Assembly (NCBI RefSeq): GCF_001194135.2 | Contig: NC_068993.1 | Location: forward strand, 16,294,745 to 16,331,593 | Direction of reading: 5' to 3' | DNA: 36,849 nt | Origin: Octopus bimaculoides | Lineage: Eukaryota | Shown here: positions 35,888 through 36,849 of the stretch, piece by piece | Position numbering within the stretch: the first letter of the stretch is position 1 | Layout: each line of letters opens with the position of its first letter | Notes under the pieces: model-generated | Databases searched by the model: none | Told to the model about the DNA's origin: nothing | Seen by the model: the letters and a program-made list of their open reading frames with translations, nothing else | Position numbers and translations under genes: made by a program

Positions 35888-36849
35888 TCTATCAATTATT
35901 TATACAATCACAGACATTACACTCTCTTTTTCACTTTCACACTCTTCCTTCATAACTATGTTCTTTCTCTGTCGCATATTTAATTGTAACAGATGTTATC
36001 TCAGTCCAGCAAATGTTCTACCTCTTACTACCTCTCTTTTCTTTCTCCATCTATCTTTGTCCTCTTTTTACCTTTATCCTTTTCTCTCTTTCCGTCTCTG
36101 TGTGTCCTTATGTTTCATTTTTCTTTCCCTTCTCTCTCTTATTTGTCTCTACTTCTACTTTCTTCTTATCTAATCTAGTATCTTCATTGTTGTCGCAAAC
36201 GTTTCTTATTCTATCATTTTGTTTTTACCCTAACATCGAAATACCCCTTCAAGCGTTAAGTATTTCAAATGACAAACTTACATTATAAGCGTTTTAAGTA
36301 TTAGAATCTCAGCATTTATCAACATCGTTTTCACCATAAGTGTTATAGCTATGTAAGCCTTTAATTTATAATGAAATATTATGTCGTCTCAAAACTCAGT
36401 AACGCAAAACGGAAAATTGGAAATTTTGGAAAAATCAAATAGATAAAAGGAAATATGCATATGTGATCAAGCAGACACTGTGGAGACTTGAACAAATGCA
36501 AAACAACGATATTTCTGATAACGTTAATAATAGCAGCAATTCTGCTTGCGTTGCTAAAATCAGAAAGCTGCAGTCGATATGCAACAGCTCCTGAAAGAAA
36601 AAAGAACATTGTAAAGGCACGTTAAAATGGGTATTGTCTTTGCCTTCTTTTGCCCGTGGAATATATTCAGAAACAGGTAAGATGAGTAACACACCTCAAT
36701 TTTTTTTTGTTCAACAACGGTAGGGATTTTCTATTGTCTACAAAGGGTAAATTGGTAAAACCCTGATCCAGTAATAGCAGCAGCAGCAGTAGTAGTGGTG
36801 GTGGTGGTGGTGGTGGTGGTGGTGGTGGTGGTGGTAATAGTAGTAGTTA

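Overview
Eukaryotic, AT-rich, non-genic-looking DNA from a fragmented short-read assembly with 15 N-gaps, most of them abutting microsatellites. The repeat content resembles coleoid cephalopod (Octopus) DNA; this is an inference from the repeat families, not a database match. No intact host protein-coding gene is supported, and nearly all ORF-track entries are translations of microsatellites or N-runs. The window is a dense mix of decayed mobile elements. It holds about 14 copies of one tRNA-derived SINE family plus single copies of two other SINE families, three pieces of an R4/Dong-like RLE non-LTR retrotransposon sitting in (AAT)n tracts, a HERO-like RLE LINE 3' end and an APE-type LINE remnant. 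It also holds several Penelope-like element (PLE) remnants (RT, GIY-YIG, pseudo-LTR) and an internally deleted mariner interrupted by a foldback/Mutator-like MITE. The most interesting signal is a set of hammerhead-ribozyme-like motifs at retroelement 3' ends: an extended type I motif in two copies (18652-18726 and 15478-15552), a minimal dimer-type motif (19566-19611) and a decayed one (4039-4085). All family assignments come from hand translation and motif recall, and all structures from hand pairing; no searches or folding programs were run.
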